Source: Chrysomallon squamiferum (Eukaryota > Animalia > Mollusca). Taken from it: a stretch of DNA of 64,000 bases. The notes under the pieces are model-generated. The model worked only from the letters and a program-made list of their open reading frames with translations, had not been told where the DNA came from and did not search any database. The stretch covers positions 11,098,001-11,162,000 of the forward strand of contig CM022678.1 in NCBI GenBank assembly GCA_012295275.1. The letters are read 5' to 3'. Positions 1 through 15,345 of this stretch are shown one piece after another. Numbering within the stretch: the stretch's first letter is position 1; the number at the start of each line of letters is the position of its first letter. A program made the translations under genes and the position numbers.

Positions 1-158
1 ACATACACATACATACACACACACACACACATACATACATACGTACGTACGTAATACACACATACACAGTATAACTAAAACTCTGTATTTGCAGTAAACA
101 GTTTACACCACCAGTAAACATTTTGTGCTGTGTTTTAAAATAACAACGTGATACTCAC

Positions 159-236
159 GTGATGGTGACGATGACGTTGCAGGTGATGATGTGGACGGAG
201 GTATAACAGACGTCGCCTGTGACGATGATGATGAGA
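159..236 (-). CDS. Type II membrane protein, internal exon encoding a Ser/Thr/Pro-rich stalk: (V)SSSSSQATSVIPPSTSSPATSSSPS
   Basis: Minus-strand acceptor TTTTTTCAATTTAG and donor C|GTGAGTA. The exon is 78 nt, phase 1/1, and continues the frame of exon 1671-1980. It lies inside ORF 103..405. Confidence 0.75.
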
Positions 237-918
237 CTAAATTGAAAAAATTAAACAAATAACAACCGAAATTAAATAGCAGTAATTTACGTAACATGTG
301 AGATACAGAAATGTTTATCACGTATGACGCAAAGGTCAAAGGAATAAAATTAAAAAAAATAAAATATAAAACACGTGATTTCAAAGTATAAGTGATGTAT
401 GTCAAGTATGAAAGAACCGCCTTGGACTAAAATAACACACAGCAAAGTGGTTAAAATTTAATACTGCAGTCATACTGTTAAACGTAATTTAAACTATTGC
501 AGTTTTGTAGTACTTGAAACATGATCATTTTTATATGTGTTTATTCTTTTTTTTTTTTTTTTGGCAGTAGCAGTAGTAGTTGTTGTTGTAATGGGTAGTG
601 GTAGTAGTAGTCGATGTTACTGTTGTTGTTGTAGTAGAAATGGCGATGACAGGGGTGCTAATATCACTGACTTCCTACAGAAATTTTAAAAAGTTGTTTC
701 GTAGCCTACAGTCATACTGTATCTATGTTTATGCATACACGTGTGTGTGTTGGTCTGTCAGTCTATATATATGTGTGTATATGGAACATGCATATATGTA
801 TGTACGTACAGATGTATGTGTGTGTATGTGTGTACAAATATGTATGTGTGTGAATATATGTGCGTATATGTGTGCGCTCGTGTTTATGATTGTGTGTTTG
901 AATGAATATGTTAGTGTT

Positions 919-974
<56 letters not shown>

Positions 975-1670
975 CTGTACAGGTGTAAGATAACAAGTGG
1001 TATTCTACGAGTGACGTCATCGCACGTGCGTGTAGTTAACGGTAACGCTGGAAAAATGAGAAACGTTTTCTCGATGATTAATCATTTGTTTTGTTTAGAC
1101 ACGTACATCAACAACAATTTACTTTTCTTCTTTCTTATCAGTTCTCTCTAGAGAATCCAACAAAGGGAAACCATCAAGCTCCCGTAGTTATTTATATATT
1201 TATATATATATATATATATATAATACGTTATATATTTTACTGTTCACTAACATTTGACGTCATAAAGGTTCGTTCTGTTAAAAAGTTTGTTTGTTGTTGT
1301 TGTATTAATACCTATAGTGACTGTAATTTTTTCCTGTCGGTTAAATATGACACAACTATCGCTACTCCCTTGTATCTAAATCATGGACTGGATCCTGCAT
1401 TCCACCCGTGTACAAATATAGCTACTGAAGTTAAGTGTTAAGCCTAATATTCCTGATGATGAAATCTAAAGACTAAGATCGTAGGATAGGCAACCCCAGG
1501 TATGTTAATTATTCGATTAGTGTGTAATATTATTTTTTATCAGCATTTTTTATCTCATTCGGGTACAATCGGTTTGTTTCGTCTGTTTGTACGAAGTAAA
1601 CCGAAAATTCGTTCGGATAGTTTTTCGATTATGTTTAATAAATGTAATTGTATTGGTTAAAAAGTTTTAC

Positions 1671-1980
1671 CTCCTTGAGTGAAAATGATAGCACAGGCTA
1701 CCCCGACGGCTAAAGCAATAACAAAAACACAACCAAGAACTATTAGTATTGCGTCTCTAGTCCTTAATTTCCGCCAACAACAGGTCGGCTCCGCCACAAT
1801 CGGTTCGGCATTTCCCGGCGCCTTGGCGGGAGGGAACTCCGGTTCGCTTTTGACTGTCCCATTGCTTTTCTCGTACGTGAAACTGGTGCTGTCGAGCACT
1901 GCAGACGATCGTATGTTGTCGTCGAAGAAGCCGACGTTGACGCTGGACGGAGAGAGATCATCACTGGTAGATCTGAATTT
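1671..1980 (-). CDS. Type II membrane protein, exon encoding cytoplasmic tail plus signal-anchor helix (KFRSTSDD...CCWRKLRTRDAILIVLGCVFVIALAVGVACAIIFTQG); family not identifiable
   Basis: GC-rich open frame, acceptor TTTTTTCTCAG, donor G|GTAAAA, 310 nt, phase 0/1. A basic patch and di-Cys precede a ~24-residue hydrophobic helix, implying N-in/C-out topology. Confidence 0.85.
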
Positions 1981-2109
1981 CTGAGAAAAAACAAACAAAA
2001 AAAATTAAATAAATAAATAAATAAGTAGTAGTCATAAAAGTAGAGTGGCAATTGTAGTAGTAGTAGTAAAAGTAGTAGTAGAGTAATAGTAGTTGTAGTA
2101 GTAGTAGTA

Positions 2110-2147
<38 letters not shown>

Positions 2148-2221
2148 CATCATCATCATCATCAAAATACGAAGCAGATTTGCGAATCACATTCCATACA
2201 TATATTATTAAATGTATTAGC

Positions 2222-2276
<55 letters not shown>

Positions 2277-2296
2277 CGTTCACTAAACACTGATTG

Positions 2297-2362
<66 letters not shown>

Positions 2363-2410
2363 ATTACGATTACATTATTAACTTATGCTGTTTTGTTTTT
2401 CAGTATTTTA

Positions 2411-2466
<56 letters not shown>

Positions 2467-2984
2467 CAGCATTAGAACCAAGTTGTTTATTACTTTGCAA
2501 CAACATGCACTGCCACTCAAAATCTGCATTTAACATTTTATACAAACAGCCTATGTGGTTTATTAAACTCACAATAAACTCTTGTATCCTCGAATTTCAT
2601 TTATATACAATTTTATGTCTGACGCAACTCATGAATTATGTAACGCTTCAAACTGTGCTGCGGAAATAAAAAAAATTGATGCATGTCTAACAAACAGAAA
2701 AAAAAAGAAGAAGGTTTTATCTTATAAAATGCAGAATCCTTTTATTATCATTTTCTTAATAAAATTTAAGTTTATGATGTGTGTGTTTTGAGGCCCCATC
2801 CAGTGCTGAATATAATTAAAGTTTAGAAAGAGATACATCATGCAGAGATTCGATGGGGGTAAAAGATGAAGGCATTTGCTACACGAAAGACTTCTTTATT
2901 CATTTTTTTTTTTTTTTCCTCTTTGCCGATTACCTACATATGGTTATCCTTTCAGTGTCAGTAACATTTTAGATTCTCACTTTA

Positions 2985-3034
<50 letters not shown>

Positions 3035-4573
3035 TGACGAATTAGTGAAAGAAGAAGTTAATGAATAAATGAAATAGGAATGAGTGAATGAATGTATAGG
3101 CTAAATGAATGAACGATTAATGAAATAAGAGTGAAAGAAGAAAGAAACAACAAAGTGAAATCAGTGGTCGTTTGTACTGATTTGTTTATTTATTTATTTA
3201 TTTATTTATTTATTTTCTTACTTATTTATTTAGAAAACTGATTTAATTTCTTCTCTTCTGACAAAGGAGACACAAACAGAGAAAAAGAACAAATATTTGG
3301 AATGAAGGAGTGGGGAGGAATGAGAGACAGAAAATGGAGAAAGAGGGTGTGAATGTGTGAAAAAAAAGCGAGAGAAAGAAAGTAAAAAAAAAAATGAGGA
3401 GAAAGGTCTGTGAATGCGAGAGAGAGTTTAACTTATAAATACAGAGTATTTCAATGTGTATAAATCTATTATTATTATTGTTGTTGTTGCTGTTGCTGCT
3501 GTTATTGTTGTTGTTGTTGTTGTTGTTGTTACTGCTGCTACAGTTGCTGTAGTTGTTACTAATGAACGTATTTGTAAGCTATGTCTTCCTGGTTTCAGGA
3601 GTTGCACAGTTATATTTATAAACGTGACGAATCAAGTAAAAAAACACGAAGTGAACAATTATAGAGCATTTCAAAAAACCACTTTAGAAGTTATTTAAAG
3701 TCTTCGTTCGTAATACACATTCAGTAGCAGCTTTTTTTTTATTATTTTTTTTTTTTTTTTTTTTAAAACCACACTGCTTACACAGGGAAATAGGTTAGCC
3801 AAACTCAAGAAAACTGATATCTTCTTCGTGTTTGTTGTTTATGTTCTACATTTAGATCTGTTTGTGTGTATGCCTCTGTAAGTGTGTATATGTGTGTGTG
3901 TCAGTGTAAATGTGAATGTATATATATATATATGTGTGTATGTATATAGGATATGTGCGTGTGCGTGGGTATTTCTTTACTGAAAGAAAGAGGGAGGGAG
4001 ACAGTGAGACTGAAAGAGAAAGAGGGAAAACATCCTTCATACATACAATATCCGTCTTATTCTACAACAGAACTGTTTCTGTATCACGTTAGTAACAACA
4101 ACAATAATAAAAACGACGACGCCAACAACAACAATAATAACAACGACGACGACGACAACAACAACAACAACAATAGTAATAACAACGACTACAACACAAC
4201 GATAATAGTAATAACAACGACTACAACACAACAATAATAGTAATAACAACGACGACGACGGCAACAGCAACAGTAACAGTAATAATAACAATAACAGTAG
4301 CATCAGCAACAACAACATGACGATGACGACAACAACAACTACAATAAGAATAAAATAATAATAATAGTAATAATAATAATCATAATCATAATCATAATAA
4401 TCATAATCATAAAAATAAAAATAATAATAATAACAATAATAATAATAATAATAATAAAAATCATAATAATCATAATCATGATAATGATAATAATAATAAT
4501 AATAATCATATTCATAATCCTAATGAAAATACTAATAATCATAATCATAATCATCATCATAATCATAAAATAA

Positions 4574-4636
<63 letters not shown>

Positions 4637-4790
4637 CATATTCATAATCCTAATAAAAATAATAATAATCATAATCATAATCATCATCATAATCATAATC
4701 ATAAAAATAATAATAATAATAAGAAGAAGAAGAACAATGTACTCGGGATACGTGACCTGTCACTGAATAACAAAGCGAGTTTCTACTTAC

Positions 4791-4814
4791 TTCTCGAGTG
4801 CCTGTCTGAACCAT
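4791..4814 (-). CDS. First coding exon of the type II membrane protein (MVQTGTRE)
   Basis: Start context AAAAAC-ATG-G, 8 codons, consensus donor GAA|GTAAGT, phase 0 matching the acceptor at 1980. Exon 1671-1980 has no in-frame Met, so an upstream start is required. Confidence 0.75.
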
Positions 4815-5130
4815 GTTTTTGGATATAAAATGACGTCTGCGCGTTATTTTGTTAACTTAAACAAAGTTGTCGACGTGCGTGGGCGCCAACGTTGTCTTCC
4901 TTCTACTGATTCATTCACAAACTTTTTCATTCAGTCAACGGGACTCCTCTGTTTTCTTTTTTTAGACGCGGCTGAGGTTATCTACCAGCGCTTTCGACCA
5001 ATCGCTGACGCGGTGACGTAATCATTTTTTTCACCCCTACATAATTGTGGTGTACATGCCTCATACCAAACTACATACCTGACGTCTCCCCCCCTCCACA
5101 CTTTCCGCCTGTATGTTACGCGCTACATTA
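4815..5130 (-). promoter_or_regulatory. CpG-rich 5'UTR/proximal promoter of the type II membrane protein gene
   Basis: Local CpG enrichment, a CCAAT near 4999, and CRE-like TGACGTAA/TGACGTCT sites near 5014 and 5080, directly upstream of the ATG exon. Confidence 0.45.
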
Positions 5131-5528
5131 TATGAGGTAAATTAAACCATGAAGTGTTAACCCCCCCTCCCAATTCTTTGAAAGTGTATCTCTGCTCCAA
5201 AATATAGAATTACCCATTAAATTACGGAAGCCGTGATAGGTAATAGGGTAGGAGTAATTTATCTACAACAAGCAAATTCCTGTTACATTACAGATTAACC
5301 GCATAGAAAAGAAACTTTTAGAAACACAACGTGTTAACAAATAACTGTGGCATTCAGTTATAATTATTTCTTTTATTAGACAAATACACAGATTTAAACA
5401 CCTACATATATACACATGTACTTACAGATACATATATACATACACACACCTACATACATACACAAACAATCAAACATAAACAAATACATATATACACCTG
5501 TAAACACACATACATACCCGTACACATA

Positions 5529-5559
<31 letters not shown>

Positions 5560-6762
5560 TACATACTCGTATACATACGTACATATTCACATACCCACAC
5601 ACACGCACACACGCACGCACACTCACACAAATATGAACTAATCGCTGTTTTCATGTACGTGTTTTGTAGAATGCCAGGATAAGCTAATTAAGTGTGAATG
5701 CATAAACTGCAATAGCTGTATGGTTGATGTTAGAATCGGCTGCCAAACTCTAACAGTCTGGAATGAATCAAGTCTCACATTTAAACGAACGCATCAGAGA
5801 TAACTAATTAACATATCAGAGAATATATGAGTTAATGAACCATCAGTCGAAAGATTGAGTGAAGTGAATGGGTAAATGATTTAACGAGTGAGAGACGAAA
5901 GAAGGAATGGATTATTAATTAATTAATTAATTAATTAAAAGAACGAGTGAAAGAATTCACAGTGGATTAAGAAATGAAGCAAAAGTGGTAGTTATATAAA
6001 TGTAGTAGTAGTAGTAGTCTGAGTAGTAACTGTTACGCTAGTGGTGGTAGTCGTAGTGGTAGTGGTAATGGTGATGGCAGTTGCAATGGTAGTTGTGGTC
6101 GTAGTGGTAGTTGTAAGAGTAGTGGGTAATGATAATTGTGCTTGTGGTCGTAATGATAATGGTAATAGCAGTTGTGGACGTAGTAGTAATGGTAATAGCA
6201 GCTGTGATCTTGATGGTAATGCTAATGTCTGTGTTGATGTGATTGTCGTAGTTGTGGTGGTAATAGTGAAAGTGGCTGTTGTAGTGGTTGTGACGGTGGA
6301 AGCGGTAGTCGTGTCACAGCGCTGTTTTAAAGAAGAAGACAGTTTCACGCTAAGGTAATTAAAAATCAAAAAAAAAACCAGTCACGTAAAAACGTTTTGT
6401 CATAAACCACACAATTCAGGGTCACGTCGGTTTCGGTTCAAACATCTAGGCCACGCCTACCCCCTACCCCCCCCCCCGCCCGTCAATCAAACTTAGGTAA
6501 ACTCTACCTCCCTGTCTGTCATTCAGTGGAAGTCATAATACCCAAATGACCCCCGTTGTCAGTATGAATGATTACAGTTATCAGGTTCTAACCCAGGGCT
6601 CTGATTTGAAATCGAGTCTATTGAGTGTCAGACAGTGTTTACGCTTTGCAACAAAAGAGGTTTACGACTGATCGTAATAAAACTTTACGTCTGTGTTATC
6701 AGTGTTGTGTAACTTGTATCAGTTTTACTCTCACTTATTTCTTTAGTATGTTACTTTGTGTG

Positions 6763-6794
<32 letters not shown>

Positions 6795-6857
6795 AATAAT
6801 TATAAATATATATATTTATTTCATATGTTAATTTGTGTGATAGATTTGTGGGTGATG

Positions 6858-6926
<69 letters not shown>

Positions 6927-7084
6927 TAATGTTAATAATTAATAAATAAATAAATTAATAAATTATTATGAAATAAATTCGTAAATATGTTATTTTATTA
7001 ACATTAATTCATAATTTAAAATGAAATGAATTTGTAGGTGTGTGATTACAGTAATATTCATACATAATTTATGAGATACAGGTG

Positions 7085-7480
7085 TGAGAGTTTAAAGAAA
7101 TCATAACAATATTAATATATACTTTAATATATGATATATATGTAAATATGTGATTATAATAATATTAATATATAATTTAATATAGATATATTTGTAAATA
7201 TGTGATTATCATAATATTAATATATAATTTAATGTTAATTTGTAAATATGTGATTATAATAATATTAATATATAATTTAATATATGATATATTTGTAAAT
7301 ATGTCATTATATTGATATTAATATATAATTTAACATGCAATAAATTTGCAACCATGATTGATTATTAATACATAATTTAATATATGTTTGTAAATATCTG
7401 ATTATAATAATATTAGTATATAATTTAATATATAGTTGTAAATTTCTGATTATAATAATATTAATATATAATTTAATCTG
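7085..7480. repeat. AT-rich minisatellite, ~50-bp unit (tgtaaatatgtgattataataatattaatatataatttaa...), ~8 copies
   Basis: Tandem degenerate copies read directly. Confidence 0.85.
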
Positions 7481-7716
7481 CTGTAACATGTACAGTAAGA
7501 GTTAGTATAAGGATTTGATGTGTTTGATGTATGTAAGTACAAGTACATTTGTATATATGATGTTTACAGCAGCTGACTTCTCTCATAATAAACTGTTATT
7601 AATGGACATTTGCAATTAACACATAAAGGATGTATTCATACATCTGACACATTTCTGGTCTGTGTGCATAAATTACGTATCACAAAAGAAATGAACTGAG
7701 TAACCTTTCGTCAGTG

Positions 7717-7870
7717 CTTCCTAAATCAGCCTCTGATTTTAGACATCTAAGTAAAATTTGTAAATCCTATAAAACACACTTCCCAGTTTCGTTACTATTC
7801 TTAGAAACGTGAATTACGTATAAAGAATAGAAATTTAAATACTCCTTGATTCCACTACTGATTTAGGAAG
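7717..7870. mobile_element. MITE-like element with 13-bp inverted repeats
   Basis: CTTCCTAAATCAG (7717-7729) and CTGATTTAGGAAG (7858-7870) are exact reverse complements. A degenerate copy of the interior seems present near 8083-8168. No TSD recognised. Confidence 0.5.
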
Positions 7871-7996
7871 TTAATTATTCATACATACGTATACACATAT
7901 ACATAGCATATATATAGTACATGCATACATATTATTATATATTTCACTGGTGCATAGTATGTGAGTGTCTATACATATATATATATATATACATAC

Positions 7997-8039
<43 letters not shown>

Positions 8040-8850
8040 TTTCAATTTTTTATAGTATAGCTTGAGATCCTTGTTAGAGTATCCACTGATTTTGAAAATT
8101 TAAAATCTGCTTAAATCTATAAGATACACCACCTAAGTCCGTCCTTCATTCTGAAATCTGAATGTTACAGCCTTGTAAAACGAATGAGGGCATTTCACAC
8201 AGTGAAGACTTTAAATAATTTATACCTCAGCATATATAACAAAAGTACTTCCTTTTTAAAATTATTGTTATCTTTAAATGCAGTAAATTTCGAGACAAGG
8301 CAGACAACATTTACGTAAAATACACTACACACAGGCTGACACAATAACTTTACAAAAATGTAAATAATCCTACATGACAGCCATTTTAATTTTATGACAT
8401 CTAACTTTCAGAATCCAACAACATACCTTTCTGTTGCGCATAAATGTAGTCATATCCCGAGATAAACAGAGCACATAACTAGAGGACTGCGTACATGTTC
8501 ACGACTAACTTGTCAGAGTGGTCCTATGATTAAGAACTCTTAGTTTCGTCCTCGTTTGAAGTTCGTCTGCAACGTATCCTGTCCTAAGTATCTTGTACTA
8601 AGCAGCAGACGACTTAGACTTGATAACGAGGTGAATTTCATCCAACGTGTTTACAGCGAATGACTTAACGGTGTCATATAGTGTCTGCCTAAGTGTTGTG
8701 CATGTTTGTGAGTGTGTATGTGTGTGTGTCTGTGAGTGTTAGGGTTTGTGTGTATGTCTGTGTGAGAGAGTGTTTGTGTATGTGTTGGTATGTTTGTGTG
8801 TGCGCGTATGTATGTTTGTATGTGTGCATGTATGTGTGTGTATGTGTTTG

Positions 8851-8886
<36 letters not shown>

Positions 8887-9569
8887 TATATATAGACAAA
8901 CAGACAGACAGATAGACAGATGCCTGTATGTGTATCTGTGTGTGAATGAATGTACGTACGTATATGTCAGTGTGTTTTCAGCATATATAAAGTCACACGT
9001 TTAGAGATAATAACGTATCAGTATTATGTAGTGTGCGGGTATTTGGATATGTATATGTAAATACGTTCAAATGTGTTTATAAGCGACTCTTTTTTATTTC
9101 TTTTTTTTTCACACACACAAACACATTCACACAAACACACACACACACACACACACACACAAGCTGATATGTGCGTGTGTCTGTGCGGGGTTGCGGACAT
9201 GCCTGTGTCTTCCATCACGTGTTGGTAAATGAAAAGAAAAGGAAGGGTTTTGTTAACAATGTGACTAATAGAACACACTCTTACTAAATATGGATACTTG
9301 AAGACAAAACCAAAAATATTTTTTTATTACGCTGTAAGAATAATTTATTCTGAACGCATAAATCTCAGATATTGTTTGATTTTTCTGTGTTACCTGGTGC
9401 CCAACACATTAACGATAAGGGACAAGAGCTGAAGTGTTTATAGCAAGAACAGTCAAATTAGAAAATGTCAGTTAATTAATTTTGTAAATTTATTTCGTTG
9501 AGTAATCGAATTAACAATATCTGAACTCTTTCTTGTACTAATATTAATGCGTGCAGTTCAATATATTAT

Positions 9570-9662
<93 letters not shown>

Positions 9663-10721
9663 CACTAAATGAATGAGGGAAAGAGAGAGAAAGAAAGAGC
9701 GAGAGAAAGGGAGACAGGAAAAGAGGGAGGGAAAGAAAGGGATAGAGAAATTGAACGAAGAAATGAGAAGAAAAGAAGAATGAGAGACAGAGACACAGAG
9801 AATTATCAATCAGTTTCAGAGGATGAAGACAATCCTGACATAAACTGTGAACAAAATATCGAATCACTCCTGACTTTAGTTAGCCAGTTCTGTGTATATA
9901 TTTTTTTTAACTGTTAAAATTCCTGACTTCGTCCCTTTAAATGGACAATGCAACCCGCGCGCAGTGACATTTATCAAAACATGCTGCTTACAAAAAAACG
10001 TCTGGTATGTGAACGCCAGCCTTGTATCTGATTAAAACCCATTGTCCGTCCCGTCAGCTGTCCTATTGTTGTTTGTCGCGTCCATGAAACAAGAAGCTCT
10101 TTTTTAATTTTTTTCATTTATTTTTATTTTTATTTTTATTTTTTAATTCAAGCGAACTTCAGCTACGTAAAATAATCAGATATTTACAGGCAGCCGAACC
10201 GAATGTTTTTATTTTTATCTTTCATTCTTTTCTTTTTACACTTTTTTTTTTTTTTTTTTTTTTATTTCTTAATTAAGTAAGAAATTTCATACTATCTAGG
10301 TCGTATTTAAAGGCAGCTGAATTAATCGGAGAAATAAAACACAAAACTGCTGTTACGTTAATATTTTTTTTTTTTTTTGTTTTTTCTGTCGTTGGTTTGT
10401 CTGAAACGAGCTGCTGTGAGAACATATTGTTACCAGACTGAACTGAATATAGTTCTAATTATCTGAATTAACTCCATGCAGTTTTTTTTTTTCTTTTTTT
10501 CGAATACCAGGACCTGATGCCAGTGTTTGAGAAACTCAGATAAACATGACTACGAGATAATAAAATGAAAAACACCGCAGAGAATTCAAACTGACATAGC
10601 GAAACAGACGTGGTTTTTTTGTTGTTTTTTTGTTTTTTTGTGGGCTTTTTTTTTTTACTATCACTTCAATTATTTCAAAATATTCGAAATATCACACTGT
10701 CTTTTTTTACACTACCAGTCC

Positions 10722-10834
<113 letters not shown>

Positions 10835-10970
10835 CACCCCGATATTAGAAAATTATAAGATAAACTCGCCTGCCATAACTGATTCACAATTTGATGCACG
10901 TGTGTTTTACATTAAGAAAAACAAAGTTGTGTACTTAACGCCTCATCATCTCAATTCGATTACAATCGAA

Positions 10971-11201
10971 CAGTGCAGAGGTGGGGGGGCGAAGGGGTCG
11001 GTGGCCCCGGGTATCCAAATGGGGGGGAGACATCCAATCATATAAAAGATCTTAAAAAATTTGATTGATTTATATTTTAATCGAATAAAGTGTTTATTTT
11101 ATGTTTCAAAATATTTTCCTACCTCATAATATTTTCTCGGTATTTGGGGCATGCAATTAAATAGCTGGCCCCGGGCATCACCAGACCTCTGCACGCCATT
11201 G
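10971..11201. mobile_element. Non-autonomous DNA transposon (hAT-like MITE) relic
   Basis: Ends CAGTGCAGAGG and CCTCTGCACGCCATTG form imperfect TIRs of the CAGTGGCG type, with the left one partly deleted. TGGCCCCGGG occurs near both ends. GC-rich ends surround an AT-rich core. No TSD seen. Confidence 0.55.
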
Positions 11202-12415
11202 ATCTGATATGAACATGCACGCAAGCAGCGTTTAAGTTTTAAAACTTTTTTATTTTTTTTATTTTATTTTGCATTCCTTATTTAATGATTTAAAAAACAG
11301 AATGGAGGGAAGGAACTACATTCACTTCCAGTCCTGGTATTTATCTACTTATTTTCCTCCAAGCCGTATCAATATCGGTCTACCTGTCTCTCTGTCTATG
11401 TGTCTGTCTATATATATATAAATCTATATATAAGTCTGTTTGCCTATCGGTCTATCGGTCTATATATATCTTCTTTTATCTATATTTTCCTTCTAAATTT
11501 GTTCCTTTTTGTTTATAATCTATGTGTTTATTGTATGTATGTTCGTTTATGTTTATGTGTTCGTATGTAATGTTTGAGTGTATATATTAATGTCTGTATG
11601 TGTGTATGTATGTGTGTATATATGTATGTATGTGTGCATGCATGTATGTGTGTTTTTATATATGAGATGTATTTGTTTAAATACGTATGCTTACAATACC
11701 GCCACACATAAACGATCGTCTGCTTGTGATGCGAACAGAAAGGTCACGCGATATCACGTGGGGTCAAGTCGCTCCTCGCAGCAGACGAAACATCAATATA
11801 TGATCAGGTGCGCGAGATATCTAGACTGTCTTAAATCTGTTTCAAAAATCATATTTTTTCGCTGTTTATCTGTTACAGTCGTTTTTAGGGTAGGTCGACA
11901 GTAGGAAGGGCTAAAATATTTGTTAAACTGCTTTGACTCAATATTTTAGTTAAAACTGACGTATAATTATTTCGAAACATCCCAATCATACAATTCCCTA
12001 TCCTATTTCGGCCCTGAATGAATTCCTTAAGAATAGTTTACTGTATACATTACTGAAAAGGTTTTAGTTACGGACACATGGAATTTTATTTTCTTTTTTT
12101 TTTTTTTTTTTTTTTTATATTTTTTTTTTAACCATTTTTTTTTTTTTCGGTGAATATAACATTGCGTAGCCGCCTAATATGTGCGTACTTTTGTGAGACA
12201 AACGCAGCTAGAGTTTGCATCAGTAATAGGTATATACAGAATGACAGATAAACAGATACATTTAGACTACATAAATAAATTCACTCCTCTGAATTCCCAG
12301 AACGTGAAATCTGTTTTGTTTTTTTATCTTATTTTTTCTTTTTTATTTCTGTATAATTTCCTACCTCACTCTTGTACGAAATTCGTCAATTCTACTATAT
12401 GTATGAATGAAAAAT

Positions 12416-12452
<37 letters not shown>

Positions 12453-12879
12453 TAGTAATAATAATAAAATTAATAATAAAAAAAACAGAACAAAGAAAAA
12501 CAAAACATTCTAAAACAAAAATTAAAACTGTTCCGGAAACCGAAAACATGTTCATGCTTTTTAGCAAACTGCAGTTATTTATTTATAGTAAACTAAATGA
12601 AGTTTATTTTCCAGTAAAAATCTTCACATTACAGAGAAATAATGCTTATTTTAAAAATCTATTCTTTTCGCTAATTTAGCCCGGGGTTCAGACAAAGATT
12701 TAGATATTAAATTTCACACTCACTTATTTTCTCTGACTCTCTCGGAATGCTTGTTATGATTTCTAACTGATATGCAATGTTACAGACACAAAATAAATAT
12801 AGATCTGATCTTGTGGTTTTTTTTCTCTCTCTCTCTCTCTAAACCACTGATTCATTCTCGCTGCCTTTAACACATAAAT

Positions 12880-12984
<105 letters not shown>

Positions 12985-13672
12985 TAATGTTATGGGGAAA
13001 ATGGAAGAAGATTTATGTCTAACCTATGACAGAAAAATATGTATCTCATTTCTTCTTTTTTGACTAATATGTTTGGAACACAGACAATGCAATCCTTTCA
13101 TCATTGCTTGCTTGTTTTTATTTGCTTTGGTTGTTGTTTGTTTGGGGTTTTTTTTGTTGTTGTTTTGTTCTTTTAATATTTAGCTTTTGTTAGTCTGCTT
13201 TTTTGTTGGTTTTTTTGTTTGTTTGTTTGTTGTTGTTTTGTTTTTTGTTTCTTTTTGAGCTTTTTGGTTTATTCTTTTTGATTTGTTCTTATTTGTTTTG
13301 ATGGATTTTTTATTTTAATTCTTGATTATGATGATGATGATGACTGTGGTCGAATGATGATGCTATAATGATATTTGTTGTAAGATGATTATACTGACGA
13401 TGGTGATGATACTATTATTATTACTATTACTACTACAACAACAACTACTAGTGCTACTACTACTATCGATATTATTACCATTACTCTACAATGCTACTGT
13501 TACTACTACTTCAACTACTAATACGGATACTATTGACTAGTTCATTTTATGAACTTAGTTTTACTTATTAAACAAGCTATATACAAGCTGTACATCCCGT
13601 ATTTGCCTAATTACTCATTTTAAATAGTTTGAAACATACAAAAAGAACAAGTTAAACAAACACAGCTGCACG

Positions 13673-13709
<37 letters not shown>

Positions 13710-13829
13710 TTTCGCATTTTCCAACATCGGTCTTAATTAGGAAACATAACTCGATTTCTCCGTTCTTGGCGTCTTTTAAAACTACAGTGTCAGAATTAAG
13801 AGCTCTTATTTATTCAACACGGATGTTAT

Positions 13830-14270
13830 TACACCGCCATTTTGTGACGTCACCTTCTCTACCGTACAGGCCTATGTTAAAAGTTTAAGATCTCTCGAAA
13901 TCTAATATATAATTTGCTGTTTCCTCAAAGGCAAAATTCAATAAATCAACAGGAGTAAAAAATAAAAAAATAAAAATAAAAAATTAAACATTATTAATAA
14001 AAGTGTCATATGAACTTACCTTAATCTATTTTAGACTGCCATATTTTTTTTTAGTGTGATCTGCGCATGTCTGCTGCGGGGTACCTGCTGACACGTCAAC
14101 TATTTCCTACGTCTGTGATGTTAAATTTTACGTATTGAACGGTGTTCATAATATTCAATTATAATTTCTAACAACAAAATCATCAGTAATCTGTATATCT
14201 TCGTAGACAATCTCTAATTGTGGACACATTAAAAGAGATGTATGACGTCATAGGCTTTAAAATAGTGACG
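13830..14270 (-). promoter_or_regulatory. Candidate promoter with a non-coding first exon (donor at 14020/14019)
   Basis: Minus-strand AAG|GTAAGT donor, YY1-like CCGCCATTTT at 13833, perfect CREs TGACGTCA at 13845 and 14243. Confidence 0.35.
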
Positions 14271-14834
14271 TAAAATTAAATTTAGTGTTAAGGGAATGTA
14301 AAAGAAATCATTTAATTCAATGTATTTATTATTTTTTGTTTTAAATAATAACAAGAAGAAGAAGAAGAAGAAGAAGATAATGATAATAATAATAATAACA
14401 AGAAGAAGAAGAAGAAGAAGAAGATAATGATAATAATAATAAAAAGAAGAAGAAGAAGAAGAAGAAGAAGAAGAAGATAATAATAATAATGATAATAATA
14501 ATAATAATCTTTTTTAGAAATTTCCTTTAACAAATGTAAATAGTAATTTATTTAATTATTTGCAGGATATTCCCCTGGGAATCACGGACACTTTCTTTCT
14601 TTCTGTTTATTTATTTTTTAACATATGTTTTGAACTTTACGTTATCAGTTATCTGCAAGCTTATTAAAGGTGAATAAATAACGTTGCTAAATGTATTATT
14701 TGCTCGATAGTATAGGGAAAACAAATGTTTGGACCCATTCCAAAACATTCTGCAAACACCATCACCTGTGATTTTCAAACTGCAATGTTTTCATTTTACA
14801 TTATCACAAAACTTGGAAATGTGTTTCGTATTAT

Positions 14835-14925
<91 letters not shown>

Positions 14926-15194
14926 CTCACAAACACTATACCTCAGGTTTATAGCATTTTATTCCCCAACTCCAAAACCTCAAAACTCATTTTCTGTTTC
15001 AGTGACTTGGAAAATATCCCTATAATCTGATTTAATAATATTTGTCTTCGTTGGTGGTAACGATGACTTCATAGATAACTTCATTTATTCTTTTGTTTTT
15101 CATTTATTGGCTAATATCGGAATTTCAAAATGCCTGAAGCGTTCTTTGTGGTGAAAATAAAACGTTAAAGATGAAGTGATTTTTATTCATTCAA

Positions 15195-15248
<54 letters not shown>

Positions 15249-15310
15249 CATAATCATAATCATAATTATAATCATAAATAAACAAACAAACAAACAAACA
15301 AACAAACAAA

Positions 15311-15345
<35 letters not shown>

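Noticed and set aside
1679-1984. Plus-strand 101-aa ORF
   Set aside because: Antisense shadow of the real minus-strand exon 1671-1980.
5992-6369. Thr-rich mucin-like minus-strand ORF
   Set aside because: Degenerate (GTA/GTG)n repeat located upstream of the proximal start and TM exons, so it cannot be the stalk; no convincing splice sites.
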